A stretch of 63,700 nucleotides of DNA, counting the filler, from Craspedostauros australis (lineage: Eukaryota): NCBI GenBank assembly GCA_030167865.1. It is 11 parts of 11 records of this genome, joined end to end, with 100 filler letters (N's around TTAATTAATTAA, not from the genome) between each part and the next. Parts side by side here need not be neighbours in the genome. Positions count along the whole stretch, not along the records: positions 21,406 to 24,530 come from JALAGF010004562.1; positions 24,631 to 33,613 come from JALAGF010004563.1; 9 more parts are not named here. One strand, 5' to 3'. Every line of letters starts with the position of its first letter. Position 1 is the first letter of the stretch. Position numbers and translations under genes: made by a program. Below the pieces are notes generated by a model. The model was not told the DNA's origin. It searched no databases and worked only from the letters and a program-made list of their open reading frames with translations. This document shows, piece by piece, positions 21,845-33,713 of the stretch.

Positions 21845-24530
21845 ATGAGCGAGGAAGAGGAATCGAAAGACATCCCTCTGTCCCAACTGGCTATCAAGCA
21901 AGAAGAAGGTGCGAGTGAGACTCCACCACGAGAAGAGAAGGAAGTAGCAGCGGCTACTGTCCTATCAGGCGCAGACGCAAGCGCGATCGACGAGACCAAA
22001 GAAGAACGGTCTGCAAGGCTACATCGCGAGGAGGAGAGCATTCTCAAGGCAAGCAAGCAAGAGGAGACTGGTGTGACGGAGAGCATTCGCACTGCCAAAC
22101 AGAGTGGGAAAAGTGAGACACCACCAGGAGGAGAATTTGTGACGAAAACAATCTCCGCGCAACTACGAGCGAAAATCGAAGAATCGCTAANACAGAAACN
22201 NACGGAAATCAAGGGCGCGAGCGCACCAANAACGAAACAACGAATCAACATGGCGACATCAGCCAACATGAACAAGCGACGCATCAAGGCGCCGATGTTC
22301 AGCGGTGAACAGGAAGACTATAGCGCATGGGAGTCCCAAGCAAAAGCATACGCTCGTACACAGAAGACGAGAGACGTGATGTTGGGCAAGACGAAGATTT
22401 CAACAGTGAGTGAGATCGCAGCAGCCACCGACGAAATCAAGGAGGCAATGGAGGAAACCCACAAGCTGGCAGGCGACTGCTTCAGCGATCTGATCCTCAT
22501 GATGGATGCAGAGAAGGGAAAGGGCAAGCAGGCCATCCAATACATCAATCAATGCATCTCCAACGATTACCCTGACGGGGATCCACACGCGGCGTGGAAC
22601 GTTCTCGCGGAGAAGTTCCAGCCATCCGATGCGGTGACGAAGATCAAACTCAAGCGTCAATTCAACAACGAAAAGATGAAGAAAGGCTCAGACCCCGACG
22701 TATACATCACGCGACTCGAGATACTGCGCTCCCGTCTCCACGATGTCGGATACACGATCACGGACGAGGAAATGATCATGCAAATCCTCAGTACGGTGAG
22801 CGTGGAATACAGAACACACGTTGTGAATTTCAACCACCAACTCACATTCAATCCAACAGTTGTCACCATCAACACGATCAGAGGAGTACTCCGTGAAGCA
22901 CATGCCAAGCATCAAGGCGGAAAGACATACATCGACGACTTCCAAGACAGCAATACGAAGAGCAACGACGCCGGCTTCACAAGCACCGGTAACTTCAAGG
23001 GCACCTGCCACAACTGTGGTGTGTATGGTCACAGATCCACCGATTGCCCAGAACGCAAGAAATCGAACAACAAGAAAAACAACAACAACAACAACAAGAT
23101 GAACGGAAAGCGTAACAACAACCGCAACAAGGGAAGCGGCTTCAACGGGAAGTGCAACTACTGTGGCATCTTCGGACACCGCGAGGCGGAGTGCCGAAAG
23201 AAGAAGTTCAACGAGAACAAGAAGACCAACGAACAAGCCAATACGGCAACGGAAGGACACGACAAGAGCGGGCACGAGATGGTGCTCTCGGCAAAGGACT
23301 TGCCGCTCTGCATGTTGGTGTCCGACGACTACATTGAAGACTCCTTCTTCGATAACTTCGAATGCGTCGGAAGTGACGACGAAGTACAGGACGATGAGAT
23401 CGTCCCGGAGTGGCTCAGCGANGAGCCAATCATCCACGAGGTGGATCCAAGACGCGAAGTGAGCTACGAATGCTGCTTCAACGCGCACGACCTGATCGGT
23501 TCATACAGCGACGAAGCTGAGATGGACGACAAGGCCAACGATAGCGACATCGAAGAGGCCATGAGTGATGATGACAACGACACCAACGAGGACGGCGTAG
23601 ATGAAGACGCCGACGATGACGGCACAGATGAAGACGACGAATCGAACCGCGGCGCGGCGCCGCCTCCTCCAGCGGCGGGGAACAACAGATCGGGCATCTT
23701 CAACGAGGATGACAGCGACGAATCCGAAGACGGCAATCATCCAGCCGACAGCTTTAATCCGAACGAACGCGTCGTCTATCCAAGAGACATCGACTTCCCA
23801 CCGATTGAGAATCCCAATGAGTCCAACTTCCTCCATCGTCATGACACCATCCCATATGCAACAGAAACAGCATTGGTGATCCAAAAGCAACTCATCTTCG
23901 ATGCCGTAACGGAAGCAGGAATGAACCTCTTCCCAGGACACGTACAAGGAGTGCTCAGACCGATATGGGTGAACATGATGGGATCCATCCTATCCAAGAA
24001 CTTCGGATCAATCGAAGAGATTCTCGCCAACTCGGTCGTCATCAACCGCATATTGGAAGCGGACAACACGGAGACGATCCCAGAAACGGATCTGCACTTC
24101 ATCCTTGGAGGATGCATGCGTGTGCTCTTGCGAGAGCGATCACGCGTCCACCCATACGATCCAGCCACAGGATCACATCGGAGCAACACGATCCCATCGG
24201 ACTATGCACAACTGCTCAATAACATGGACGACGACGAAGATCACAATCCATACAACGAAGATGGAGTGCATGAAGATGAAGAGGCAGACGGCCTCATGGA
24301 TGAGATGGCCACAGCAGCTGTGGAGCAACTCCACAAGCTGAGCACCAAGCACAAGGACAAGGTCAACAAGGACACCTGGCTCGCCGACAGCGGAGCTTCG
24401 TGTCACATCGTCAACTCGGACGCCGCTCTATTCAACGTGCGGCACGTCAAGTCCTTCGTCCAAGTGGGAGACAGCACGAAGCTGGATTCTCCCAAAATGG
24501 GATCCATTCGCTTGAAGGTCAAGCAACGAG
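21845..24530 (+). mobile_element. Ty1/copia gag-pol (family A), open to the contig end
   Basis: DUF4219-like PMFSGEQEDYSAW, UBN2-like gag, two CCHC knuckles (CHNCGVYGHRSTDC, CNYCGIFGHREAEC), protease WLADSGASCH. Confidence 0.93.
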
Positions 24531-24708
24531 NNNNNNNNNNNNNNNNNNNNNNNNNNNNNNNNNNNNNNNNNNNNTTAATTAATTAANNNNNNNNNNNNNN
24601 NNNNNNNNNNNNNNNNNNNNNNNNNNNNNNCAAACCAGTGACAACAAGGGGCCAAAACTCCACAACTAGTGTTATCGTGAGTGCATCAACTGCGACCTGG
24701 AGGTAGTA

Positions 24709-25570
24709 CCATCAGACACGGTCCTCGTCTGTCTCTCTGTGTGTGCCAGTCTTTTTGGTTCGTTACGGTTTCGGCTGTCTGTGCTTGCTGATCTTGCGCG
24801 TCTGACAACTCGGTTCGATAAGCCCCTGTTTGTTGCGACGGTGCTGCACGGACATGACAGACACGACACGACACGACATGACACGCACGATAACAACAAC
24901 ATCACGCGCGCAACATTGAACGTGTGCCATCAGTCTGTGTGTGCCGGTCTCTTTCGTTCGTTACGATTTAGGCTGTCTGTGTTTGCTGATGCTACGCGCC
25001 TGACAACTCGGTACGATCACCCTGTTTGTTGCGACGGTACTGCACGGACATGACGGACACAACACGCACGATAACAACAACATTGAACGCGTGCCATCTG
25101 ACACGGTCCTCCTGGTCTTCGTCTGTGTCTGTTTGTACCGGTCTCTTTCGTTCGTTACGATTTAGGCGGTCTGTGCTTGCTGATGTTGGGCGCCTGACAA
25201 CTCGGTACAATCACCCCTGTTTGTTGCGACGGTACTGGTCTACACGACAGACACGACACGCACGAAACAAAACCATCGCTCGCGCAACATCGATCGCACA
25301 CCATCAGACACAGTCCTCCTGCTCTTTGTCTGTGTCTGTGTGTACCGGTCTTTTTGGTTTGTTACGATTTAGCCTGTCTGTCCGTACTTGTTGATGTTGC
25401 GCATGTGACTACTCGGTATGATTGATTGACCCTGTGTGCCATGACTCCATATCCGGTTTGTTTCAGCAATACTGCACAGACATGCAACCCACGTACAGAA
25501 TTGCATGGGCACAATCAAACACAACATGTCCAATCCTCCTCTGTGTCTGTGTATGTAGGTCGTTTTGTGC
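24709..25570 (+). repeat. Degenerate tandem array, ~4.5 units of 170-220 bp
   Basis: Units start ~24709, 24927, 25094, 25301 and ~25533. Shared blocks include CGTTACGATTTAGGC, TGACAACTCGGT and TGTTTGTTGCGACGGT. Confidence 0.9.
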
Positions 25571-25777
25571 CAGTTCAAAGTGACATGGAGAGCCAAGGGA
25601 AACGAGTCAAACAACATACTAAATTGTGCATGTCATTGTGTGTTCAGAACAAATCAACAATAGCAGCGCTTGCCCTGTTTGTTTTACTCTCTCTGTTGCT
25701 GAAATGGATGTTTCACTGGTAGGTGTCACATTTTCGTCCTCCATCCTGTTGGTATACCAAGATACATCAGAATAGCA

Positions 25778-26750
25778 TTGGAGACAACAGAGACAACCAT
25801 TGCATGCATGGGCATGGAGCTTCTGGGACAAGCAATTAATCCTGGACTCCAGACTTCACCATCAGATAGTGTGCAAACATGCGTCCAAAGCAACCTTGGA
25901 ACACACACAAAAGTGGTGGCAATGACATGGGACGGACTGAATGAGAAGGACTTACTGCCTTGTAATGCAGCAATGGAGCACCTGCTGTGCACTCTAATGT
26001 TCTGAAACAATATCCAACATGGGGAGTGGTGGCTGGATGGATGGGAAAGGATGTGAAAACTGTACGGAAGTGGACATGGATTTTTCTTTGTGCATTGGGA
26101 CTCCTCAGCCATGAACTTGTAAGTGGTATGACGTTAGTACATCAACAGCCGGACTGCAACATACACAATGCAATTGATGAGCCACATGCTGTATCCCTCA
26201 CAATCTCTGTCTTGTCCAATGTTGCCAGGTGTTGATCCTATCCCAGATTTGCTTTGAAGATCGGAAAATGGAATGTGCACAAGGAGCATCAAACATGGCA
26301 TCCGTAGATGGCACGGACTTCTCCATCATAGAGCCTACATTGTATGACCCAGGCTGGTATTTCCACAAATTCCAAGCTGTGGGTCTCGGCTACAAAGCTT
26401 GCATTTCCATTGCAAAAGGGCACCTTGTGTGGGTGGACGGACCGTATCCATGTGGGGAGTGGCCGGACATCAGAATTTATTGAGAGAAGCTCCTACATTC
26501 ATTGGATTCTCCCAAGAAGGTTGGTGCAGACTGAGGGTACAGAGGTGATCCTAACTGCTGGTTGGATCGCATGCAATGCAATGGCATGATTTGTGCATGC
26601 CATGAAGCTGTACATAAAAAGGTTCAAGAACTGAAAGTGCCTGAAGCAAAAATGGCGGCACTGTTTGGATAAGCACCAGTATGCAATGTACATGGTTGCT
26701 GCAATCACGCAATTGGAACTGAAACATACGAATCAGCTGTTTAACCTCAC
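25778..26750 (+). pseudogene. Degenerate PIF/Harbinger-like (DDE_Tnp_4) transposase
   Basis: Fragments in shifting frames: LKQYPTW...GKDVKTVRKWTW (HTH) and SVDGTDFSIIEP...WYFHKF...LVWVDGPYPCGEWPD. Stops, frameshifts and a probable intron starting GTAAGT near 26119. Confidence 0.8.
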
Positions 26751-28875
26751 CCGAACGATGGGGATCATCCAAGAGATGGATGATTGGTTGGATTCCCTGG
26801 TGGAACCGTAGGAATAAACAATAACCACATGCAAGAAACTACGATGCTCTAGAATAGAAACAACAAGCGCTGTTCAGTCTATTTGTCACTGTAATTGCTG
26901 GAAACAAACTGCAGTTGGCTGCACCAACCGAAAACGTATCCCAGGACGAACCAAGGTGGTCTGGAGGAACGATCCTGGTCTCGAAAGGTAAAGACAAGGA
27001 CAAGGACAAGGAAGAGGAAAAGCAACAGCGGCATGAAGCACTTTGTATGCAATCATGATTGTGTTGTTGACAAACACATGGAAGAACAAAAAGAAGCAGC
27101 TTGTATGACATAAGAACAACAACCATGCATATTACCAGGTAGTTTTGGACTCCTGCATCGAACAAGTCTGGCACATCATCTGGCCATCAAGGTTCGCGGA
27201 GATTGGGCCGAGCATCTTGTCAAACCTCTCTGCATCCTGATGCAAGCCAACACTACGCCAGAAGGCAGCAACTGCATATCAACCAATGCCATCAAGGAGT
27301 CTTGGCAAGGAGCGGACTGAGATGGCCTGATATGGACTGCATGGTTGGTGGAGTGGAGAAAGCATGGTCCCAACCCTACTGGGTCATTGGAGCGCCAGAA
27401 ACCCTTCCACTGGCAAGCCAGAGTGACTCACAAACTGTAGCAGGTGGCACTACAATAGTGATCGAGCCGAAATCACAAGCTCCACAAAGAAGGCAAGCGT
27501 GGCATCATGCCACAGGGCATGGACACCGATTGCTAAGCCTTTGTAGAGCTTCCTTGAAGATCTATGCATACCCACCCTGTGTAAGCTTGGTCAGCACCTA
27601 CCAGGAACCCAGCCAAGGAGAGCAGAGTGGCTGCTAGCTGTGTCACATGGCAAGCCGCATACAGAGGCCACAGTTTCTCCAGAGCATCCAGCATAGCTGC
27701 ACCATGCACCATCTGCAGCCAACATCCTCCAGCGTGACCACACGCCCAGCACGCCTCGCAGGAGTCACTGCAAAGGCAGCTGGCGCCGCCACGCGTGTCT
27801 CCTGCATGTACATTGTATATGTACTGGCATACACAATTGTATGCAACCACACAGCAAGGCAAGACCTGCCAACGTTATCCGTTCACACTAAATGACTTAT
27901 GTGGAATAAACGAGGCGGTACGAAAGCAGCTGCAGCACATGGTTATGGATTATAGTCTACATGGCACAACACCAACAACAACAGAAAAAGAACTGTACAC
28001 AGCATGCATGGGGAGGAAGAGAGAAGCAACTTGCATTGTCAGTATGGTAGGCTGGAGTATTATTAGTTGCTACAGGGAGGACCGTCGCGAAGCGCGGATG
28101 CGAGCCAAGGACGAAGTCGCAATGGATGATGGACTGGTTGTCCCGAGTCGAAGGGAAGTCGCAAATACACGAGGAAAGCTACAGCAGAACCTGCGAAATG
28201 GCTGATTCCAACGAACTGCAGGAAAATATGGAAAATAGCAACAATGGACCCACTTTCTATTCTTTCTAAGTCGTATTTACAAAAAAATGCCGTTTTCCCT
28301 TCCCCTCCTTTGTCTCTCCGCTCTTCACTCTCATCATGTCGCTCGGAGTGTTCTCGCTGCTGTCCTTGCCATCCGCGAAAGTGATCTTGCAGAGAGCTCT
28401 CGCTCTCTGTTTCGTTTCGTTTCGTTTCGTTGGCACGTACAATATGACCTATTGCGACGATACTACACTCCACACTTGGCGCAACAATCCCCAAGAACAC
28501 GATGAGGATCTGCGGTCCACGCCGTTGGCACTCCCTCCACGAGAAGCTCGCATGCATGGTGCACACGCACACTCGTACCGAAACAGGCCACGGTGAAGGG
28601 GTGGAGATCGTGTGATGGAGCCCAACAAAGGAAGCGACAGAAGGAGAGAGGACGCAACCGAGAGAAAGCCAGAGAGAGCGAGGAAAGCGAGAGACGACCA
28701 CGCAAACAAGACCACAACAAGCCATGCGATGTAAGCCAAAGTCGAGACTCGTGGTGGAATTGGAACATCCGAGGGCACGATACGATACCATAAAACACTC
28801 AACCGATCATCCAACAGCCGTCCAGGAGGTATCCATCTAAACCATCATCCAACAATCTTCGACCACCATCTCAAC

Positions 28876-30684
28876 ATGCCGACCGTTTCGAACCAACAAC
28901 TCATTGCTGCTGCCAAGGCAGGTGATCAATCCGTGTTGAAGGAATGGAACAAGCAGCATGAAGGATGTGATACCAACTGGGTTACAGATGAATATGGTTG
29001 CACTCCCCTTCATTACGCATGCACCAACGGTCATCTTGATTATGCCAAGTACCTCATTGAATCAACTGGGGATGATATCAACAGCAAAAACAACCATGGT
29101 TTCACTCCCCTACATTGGGTATGCGGCAACGGCCAATTGGAATGTGTCAAGTACCTCATTGAATCATGCCAGGCAGATGTCAACGTCAAAAATACGAATG
29201 GTGACACTCCCCTTCATCGGGCATGCTACCAAGGCCGTTCTGAATGCGTGGAGTACCTCATTGAATCAACAAAGGCCGATGTCGACTGCAAAGACATGGA
29301 AGGTTCCACTCCCCTACATGACGCATGCGCCTATGGCCATCTGGAATGTGCCATGTACCTCATTGAATCCATGAAGGCTGATATCAACAGCAAAAACAAC
29401 TATGGTGACACCCCCCTTCATCGGGCATGCATCAACGGTCATCTGGAGTGTGTCAAGTATCTTGTTGAATCCACCAAGGCTGACGCCAACAGAAAAAACC
29501 TGCAGGGTGACACTCCCCTTCATTGGGCATGCTACAACGGCAGTTCTGAATGCGTGGAGGACCTCATCGAATCAACCCAGGCCGATATCGATATCAAGAA
29601 CAACAGGAACCAAACGCCCCTCGATATGATCAAAGCAGACGATCAAATCAAGATGATGAGATCGATCATCACTGGTCTCAATCACCGCAACTCAAAACTG
29701 CAGCTGCAAATGAACAAACAACGCCGCACAAACACCATCACAAACACCATCACAACATCATCCAAGCACAACAGCCCAGCCACCTGCACAACGACCAACA
29801 TCAGCATCAGCCAAGATCGTCGCAGCGCTGTTCTTACCGAGACCAAGCCAGACGTCACCTTCCTGTGTGGACAAGGCGATGAACAACAACCAATCAAGGC
29901 AAACTCCGGAGTCCTCATGGTCACCGTTCCATCCATTCAGACATTGATCGAATCTGGAATCCAACGTCAACGCTGGAATGACGGAACTGGTGACGAAACT
30001 AGTGACGAAACTGATGATGGCGCCGCCCCCATCCAAACAACCGTCCCTCTTCCCAATCATCAACCCAAACATGTCCGGCATGTCCTCCAATGCATCTACA
30101 CGGGGGAGATATCCTTCGATGATGATGTTCCTGACAACATTGAGACTGACGACAACGCTCATGACAATGCCAATGCTGTTGACGTAAACCAGCCAACCCC
30201 CACCCTCAATGGACGGGACGATTTACACCAGCTGATCCTTGTGGCCAACGAGTTCGGCTTCTGGCGACTCAAGCTTGTTCTTGAAGCGGAGTTGGCCCGC
30301 AAGCATCTCACCAAGGACATCATGACAGATACGTTGATATTCGCTCATCAACACAACTGTGTACTGTTGAAGGATGCCGCAACGAGGTTGGCAGCTGAAA
30401 GTGAGAAAGATATATTCACGCATCCAGATTTCAGCAAGCTGATTCTACAGCCCCAACTGATGGGAGGCATTCATGTCCTGTGCAGTGGAGGAGCCGAGAG
30501 TGATGAGGTTGATGATGAGTACAAGGGCATGTCCATGATGGAGTTGTACAAGGTTGTGGATGAAGGCGCGGGCACTTCGCGCGTGGATACATACATGGAT
30601 CGCGTCGCGTTGTTGGCTTTTGTGCGTTCCATCACATCCTCCAGAGTGATTGAGACTGACGGCACTGCCGAGGGCGAGGAGTGA
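28876..30684 (+). CDS. Ankyrin-repeat plus BTB/POZ domain protein
   Basis: Six full GxTPLHxAC ankyrin repeats (102-bp period) plus caps. BTB: PDVTFLCG...VLQCIYTG...LILVANEFGFWRLKLVLEAEL. Confidence 0.92.
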   Translation: MPTVSNQQLIAAAKAGDQSVLKEWNKQHEGCDTNWVTDEYGCTPLHYACTNGHLDYAKYLIESTGDDINSKNNHGFTPLHWVCGNGQLECVKYLIESCQADVNVKNTNGDTPLHRACYQGRSECVEYLIESTKADVDCKDMEGSTPLHDACAYGHLECAMYLIESMKADINSKNNYGDTPLHRACINGHLECVKYLVESTKADANRKNLQGDTPLHWACYNGSSECVEDLIESTQADIDIKNNRNQTPLDMIKADDQIKMMRSIITGLNHRNSKLQLQMNKQRRTNTITNTITTSSKHNSPATCTTTNISISQDRRSAVLTETKPDVTFLCGQGDEQQPIKANSGVLMVTVPSIQTLIESGIQRQRWNDGTGDETSDETDDGAAPIQTTVPLPNHQPKHVRHVLQCIYTGEISFDDDVPDNIETDDNAHDNANAVDVNQPTPTLNGRDDLHQLILVANEFGFWRLKLVLEAELARKHLTKDIMTDTLIFAHQHNCVLLKDAATRLAAESEKDIFTHPDFSKLILQPQLMGGIHVLCSGGAESDEVDDEYKGMSMMELYKVVDEGAGTSRVDTYMDRVALLAFVRSITSSRVIETDGTAEGEE

Positions 30685-31004
30685 AGCGCTGTAGCCAAGA
30701 CCTTTGAGAAGCAAACATGTTCTGTACTGCAGTGGCGCTCGTGACAGGTTGAGCATTTGTAGCATCAATCACCGAAGCAGACTCAACCTCAACCATTTTT
30801 CCATACTCGCATGGAATGGAACAAGACAAGGCATCACAGCACATCACAGCACATCACACCTTTCTTCAAATTTATGTTCACGGATTGAGCAATTGGTGAC
30901 TGCTCCATCACACAATTGTGAACAAGAAGCGCGAGAGAGCGCTACAAAGAAGACACGAACAAGATTAGCTTTAACCATGCATAGTACTATTCATCATTAT
31001 TAGT

Positions 31005-32315
31005 TCATGGCATGTGAACCCGCGTGAGGAAGTTCGGGATCCATCGCCATGGGACTCTGCGGTAGAATTCATCAAGGTAGGACCGGCTTGTCCCCTGCTT
31101 CGTTGCACCGCCATCCATGCCGCTGTTGACCGACGGTCTTGCAGGTGTGTTCGCAGCTGGACTTGCCGATAGCCGTGTGCCCGGCTTGTTTTTCCAAGTA
31201 TCCTTCACGGCTTCCCAGTGTTTTTCGTACCTTTCCGCTTCTCCAAGCCACCTGGTATTGTCCCACAGCACGTGCCGTGGCGAGATGACGATCTGATGGA
31301 TCGGGTGCGGGCAGGAATTGACGTAGTTGCCGATCGCCAAATCCTCCGCGCCGAACGTCAGCGTGCTGCGATCGAGTTCGTCGGACACGATGAATTCGGC
31401 AAGATCTGGGCTCAGGAAGTACGCCTCGTTCGACATGTAGTTCTTGTTCACCATTTGTCGGCAACGCCAATCCTGCAACCCGCCGCAGCTCAGTCGGTCC
31501 ATCAGCATTCCGCCGTAGATCAGCCGATTGTATGGGCTTGGCATCAGCACACTCTGCGTGAACTCGAACCATCTCGGTGCGAACAGCATCATGTCCATCT
31601 CCACCTTGGCAATGTAGTCCACCGATATCGTGCCATCGCGAATGATGCTGTTGGCCCATTTGAAGAAGGTCGCCGATTTGCCAGCACCGTCGTTTTCTTT
31701 GATGTTTAGGTACGTCACGTCGTTGATGATCTCCGCATTGGCTTGAGGGCTGTCGCTGCCGGTCGTGCCAGATGGCGGCTCCAACGTCAGAGGGCGGTTC
31801 GGATCGACACTGTCCACCATCTGTGTCGGAGCCTTGTGGTCCTTGGCACCGCCAATGACGAACGTGTAGATCAACTCGCACTCGTCGCGGATCATCGCAT
31901 TGGCGATGTATTCCTGCAACGAGCAGATTCTGTGTGGCATGTTGAATTCCGTGTGCTCCTTGTAGTAGTTGAGGTAGGTGCGACGTATCGACTGCTGCAG
32001 CATGACGTCGCTGTCCCGATCTGTGCTCATGATGCCCCACAGGAACCGCACTTTGGGCAGCAGCTGCTTGCCATCCACCTCGGGCGGTGGCTGGAATGCG
32101 GTCGTCGGGAGCACGGCGCGCGGAGTGATGGGTGCGCGCTCAGTGGCATAGTACTCCTTCCCGCCATATACGTAGCCTCTGTGATTCTCCCTGTGCTCGT
32201 GCACTTCAGCTGCCGGAGGGCGAAGGGTGTTGAGCACCGCGATGATGAGCAAGCCGTAGACGCACAGCGCCAGCACGGACCGTCGCCGCGCTCGTTTTCG
32301 TGCCGATACGGACAT
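31005..32315 (-). CDS. Type-II membrane GT31/galactosyltransferase-like glycosyltransferase
   Basis: Basic N-tail plus TM (MSVSARKRARRRSVLALCVYGLLIIAVL), then DVTYLNIKEN..GKS, DYIAKVEMD, EDLAIG. Confidence 0.75.
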   Translation of the reverse strand: MSVSARKRARRRSVLALCVYGLLIIAVLNTLRPPAAEVHEHRENHRGYVYGGKEYYATERAPITPRAVLPTTAFQPPPEVDGKQLLPKVRFLWGIMSTDRDSDVMLQQSIRRTYLNYYKEHTEFNMPHRICSLQEYIANAMIRDECELIYTFVIGGAKDHKAPTQMVDSVDPNRPLTLEPPSGTTGSDSPQANAEIINDVTYLNIKENDGAGKSATFFKWANSIIRDGTISVDYIAKVEMDMMLFAPRWFEFTQSVLMPSPYNRLIYGGMLMDRLSCGGLQDWRCRQMVNKNYMSNEAYFLSPDLAEFIVSDELDRSTLTFGAEDLAIGNYVNSCPHPIHQIVISPRHVLWDNTRWLGEAERYEKHWEAVKDTWKNKPGTRLSASPAANTPARPSVNSGMDGGATKQGTSRSYLDEFYRRVPWRWIPNFLTRVHMP

Positions 32316-33713
32316 GGCACCCGCAGCAGCGTCCTTGCTGCACAGGTCTTGGTTGCTGGCGAAGCTCCAACCGATCCGCTTGCCCAGAATTGGTCGAAAC
32401 TGAGATTGGGAGGTGTACATGCAACGCGGATCGCCGTTCGGAATGCAGCAAATCGATGACCGATGCGACGAACGATGCAACGGATGATGCGATGGCCGAT
32501 GCGATGGATGATCCGACGGCAGGAGCAAGGACTCTGGAAGGGTGGAGTGGAATGGAGTGGAGTGGAGTAAGATGAAGGACGTGTGCTGGATGGAGCAGGC
32601 AGTGCGGTAGAAATGAAACGACGGAGCAGATCGTTGGACGTTCGATGGTCAATGTTGTGGAACAATCCAATGAAATCCAATGCAATGCTGCCTCCTCTCG
32701 CGAAAACCGTCCAACGAATGGATTGCGTGGAGGAATGCCGCCTCTGGCCAATCCGCCTCTGCGCTCGTTTTCGCGCGATGTTCCAAAACTTCAAAATTCG
32801 AAAAATGCACGATCCGGAGCGACGCGGGACTCAGACAATCGATCCAAGAATCGGCGACGATCGAGGAGGCGTCGACCGTTCGGACTCGTTTCACGACTCC
32901 ATGTAGGCTTGTCTGATAGATGAGGCGTGTAGTGATCATTTCGAAACAGTTTTTTTTCACAGCCATCATCGCGAAACGGAACACTCATTTCAGGACTAAA
33001 CTGCCGACGTGTCAGATAGATGGGGCGTGCGGTACTCGTTGTTGGCGGTATTTGTGCGCAGACAGCTTCGAGGAATGGAACGACGAAACGCACAAGAAAA
33101 GAGGCCACAGATCGTGTTTTGTGCCATCGTGTTGTGCTTCCAGAAACAGAAAGAGGGTTGTGGACAGAAACAACCAAGAAAGCATCCAAGGGGGGCAGTT
33201 CAAAATGCAATAATTGGCTCTATTTCATAGCGTTTAAGTCATAAATTGCTTGTTTCCGCCTAGTTCTTATCCTCGACGGAATAATATGGAATTTTTGTTC
33301 TTTTTTGGATAATTGGTGCTTTCCCCCCAAAATTCGCACGAGTTGCTTTCGCTCTTCGTCATTGCTCCATTTCCCCACTTTACACTGTGTCGGTGTTTGC
33401 TGAGCGTGTTTTCGTCTCCGGTCGGCACAAAACAAGGCTGCTGTCTTGGGCCAGCACAGAGCACACAAAACTCACAACCCCAACACTCTCCACAGAGATC
33501 ATTGCTCCACAGAGCACTTCGTTCCTGTAACAATCACAATCACAACAACAACCACAACAGGTACACCAACATCACCACCGCAACAGTGTTTCGTCCATGG
33601 GTGGCTCCTGTATNNNNNNNNNNNNNNNNNNNNNNNNNNNNNNNNNNNNNNNNNNNNTTAATTAATTAANNNNNNNNNNNNNNNNNNNNNNNNNNNNNNN
33701 NNNNNNNNNNNNN

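Noticed and set aside
24709..25570. Tandem array as a CRISPR-like locus
   Set aside because: Whole units are homologous, with no unique spacers and no cas genes, in a eukaryotic context.
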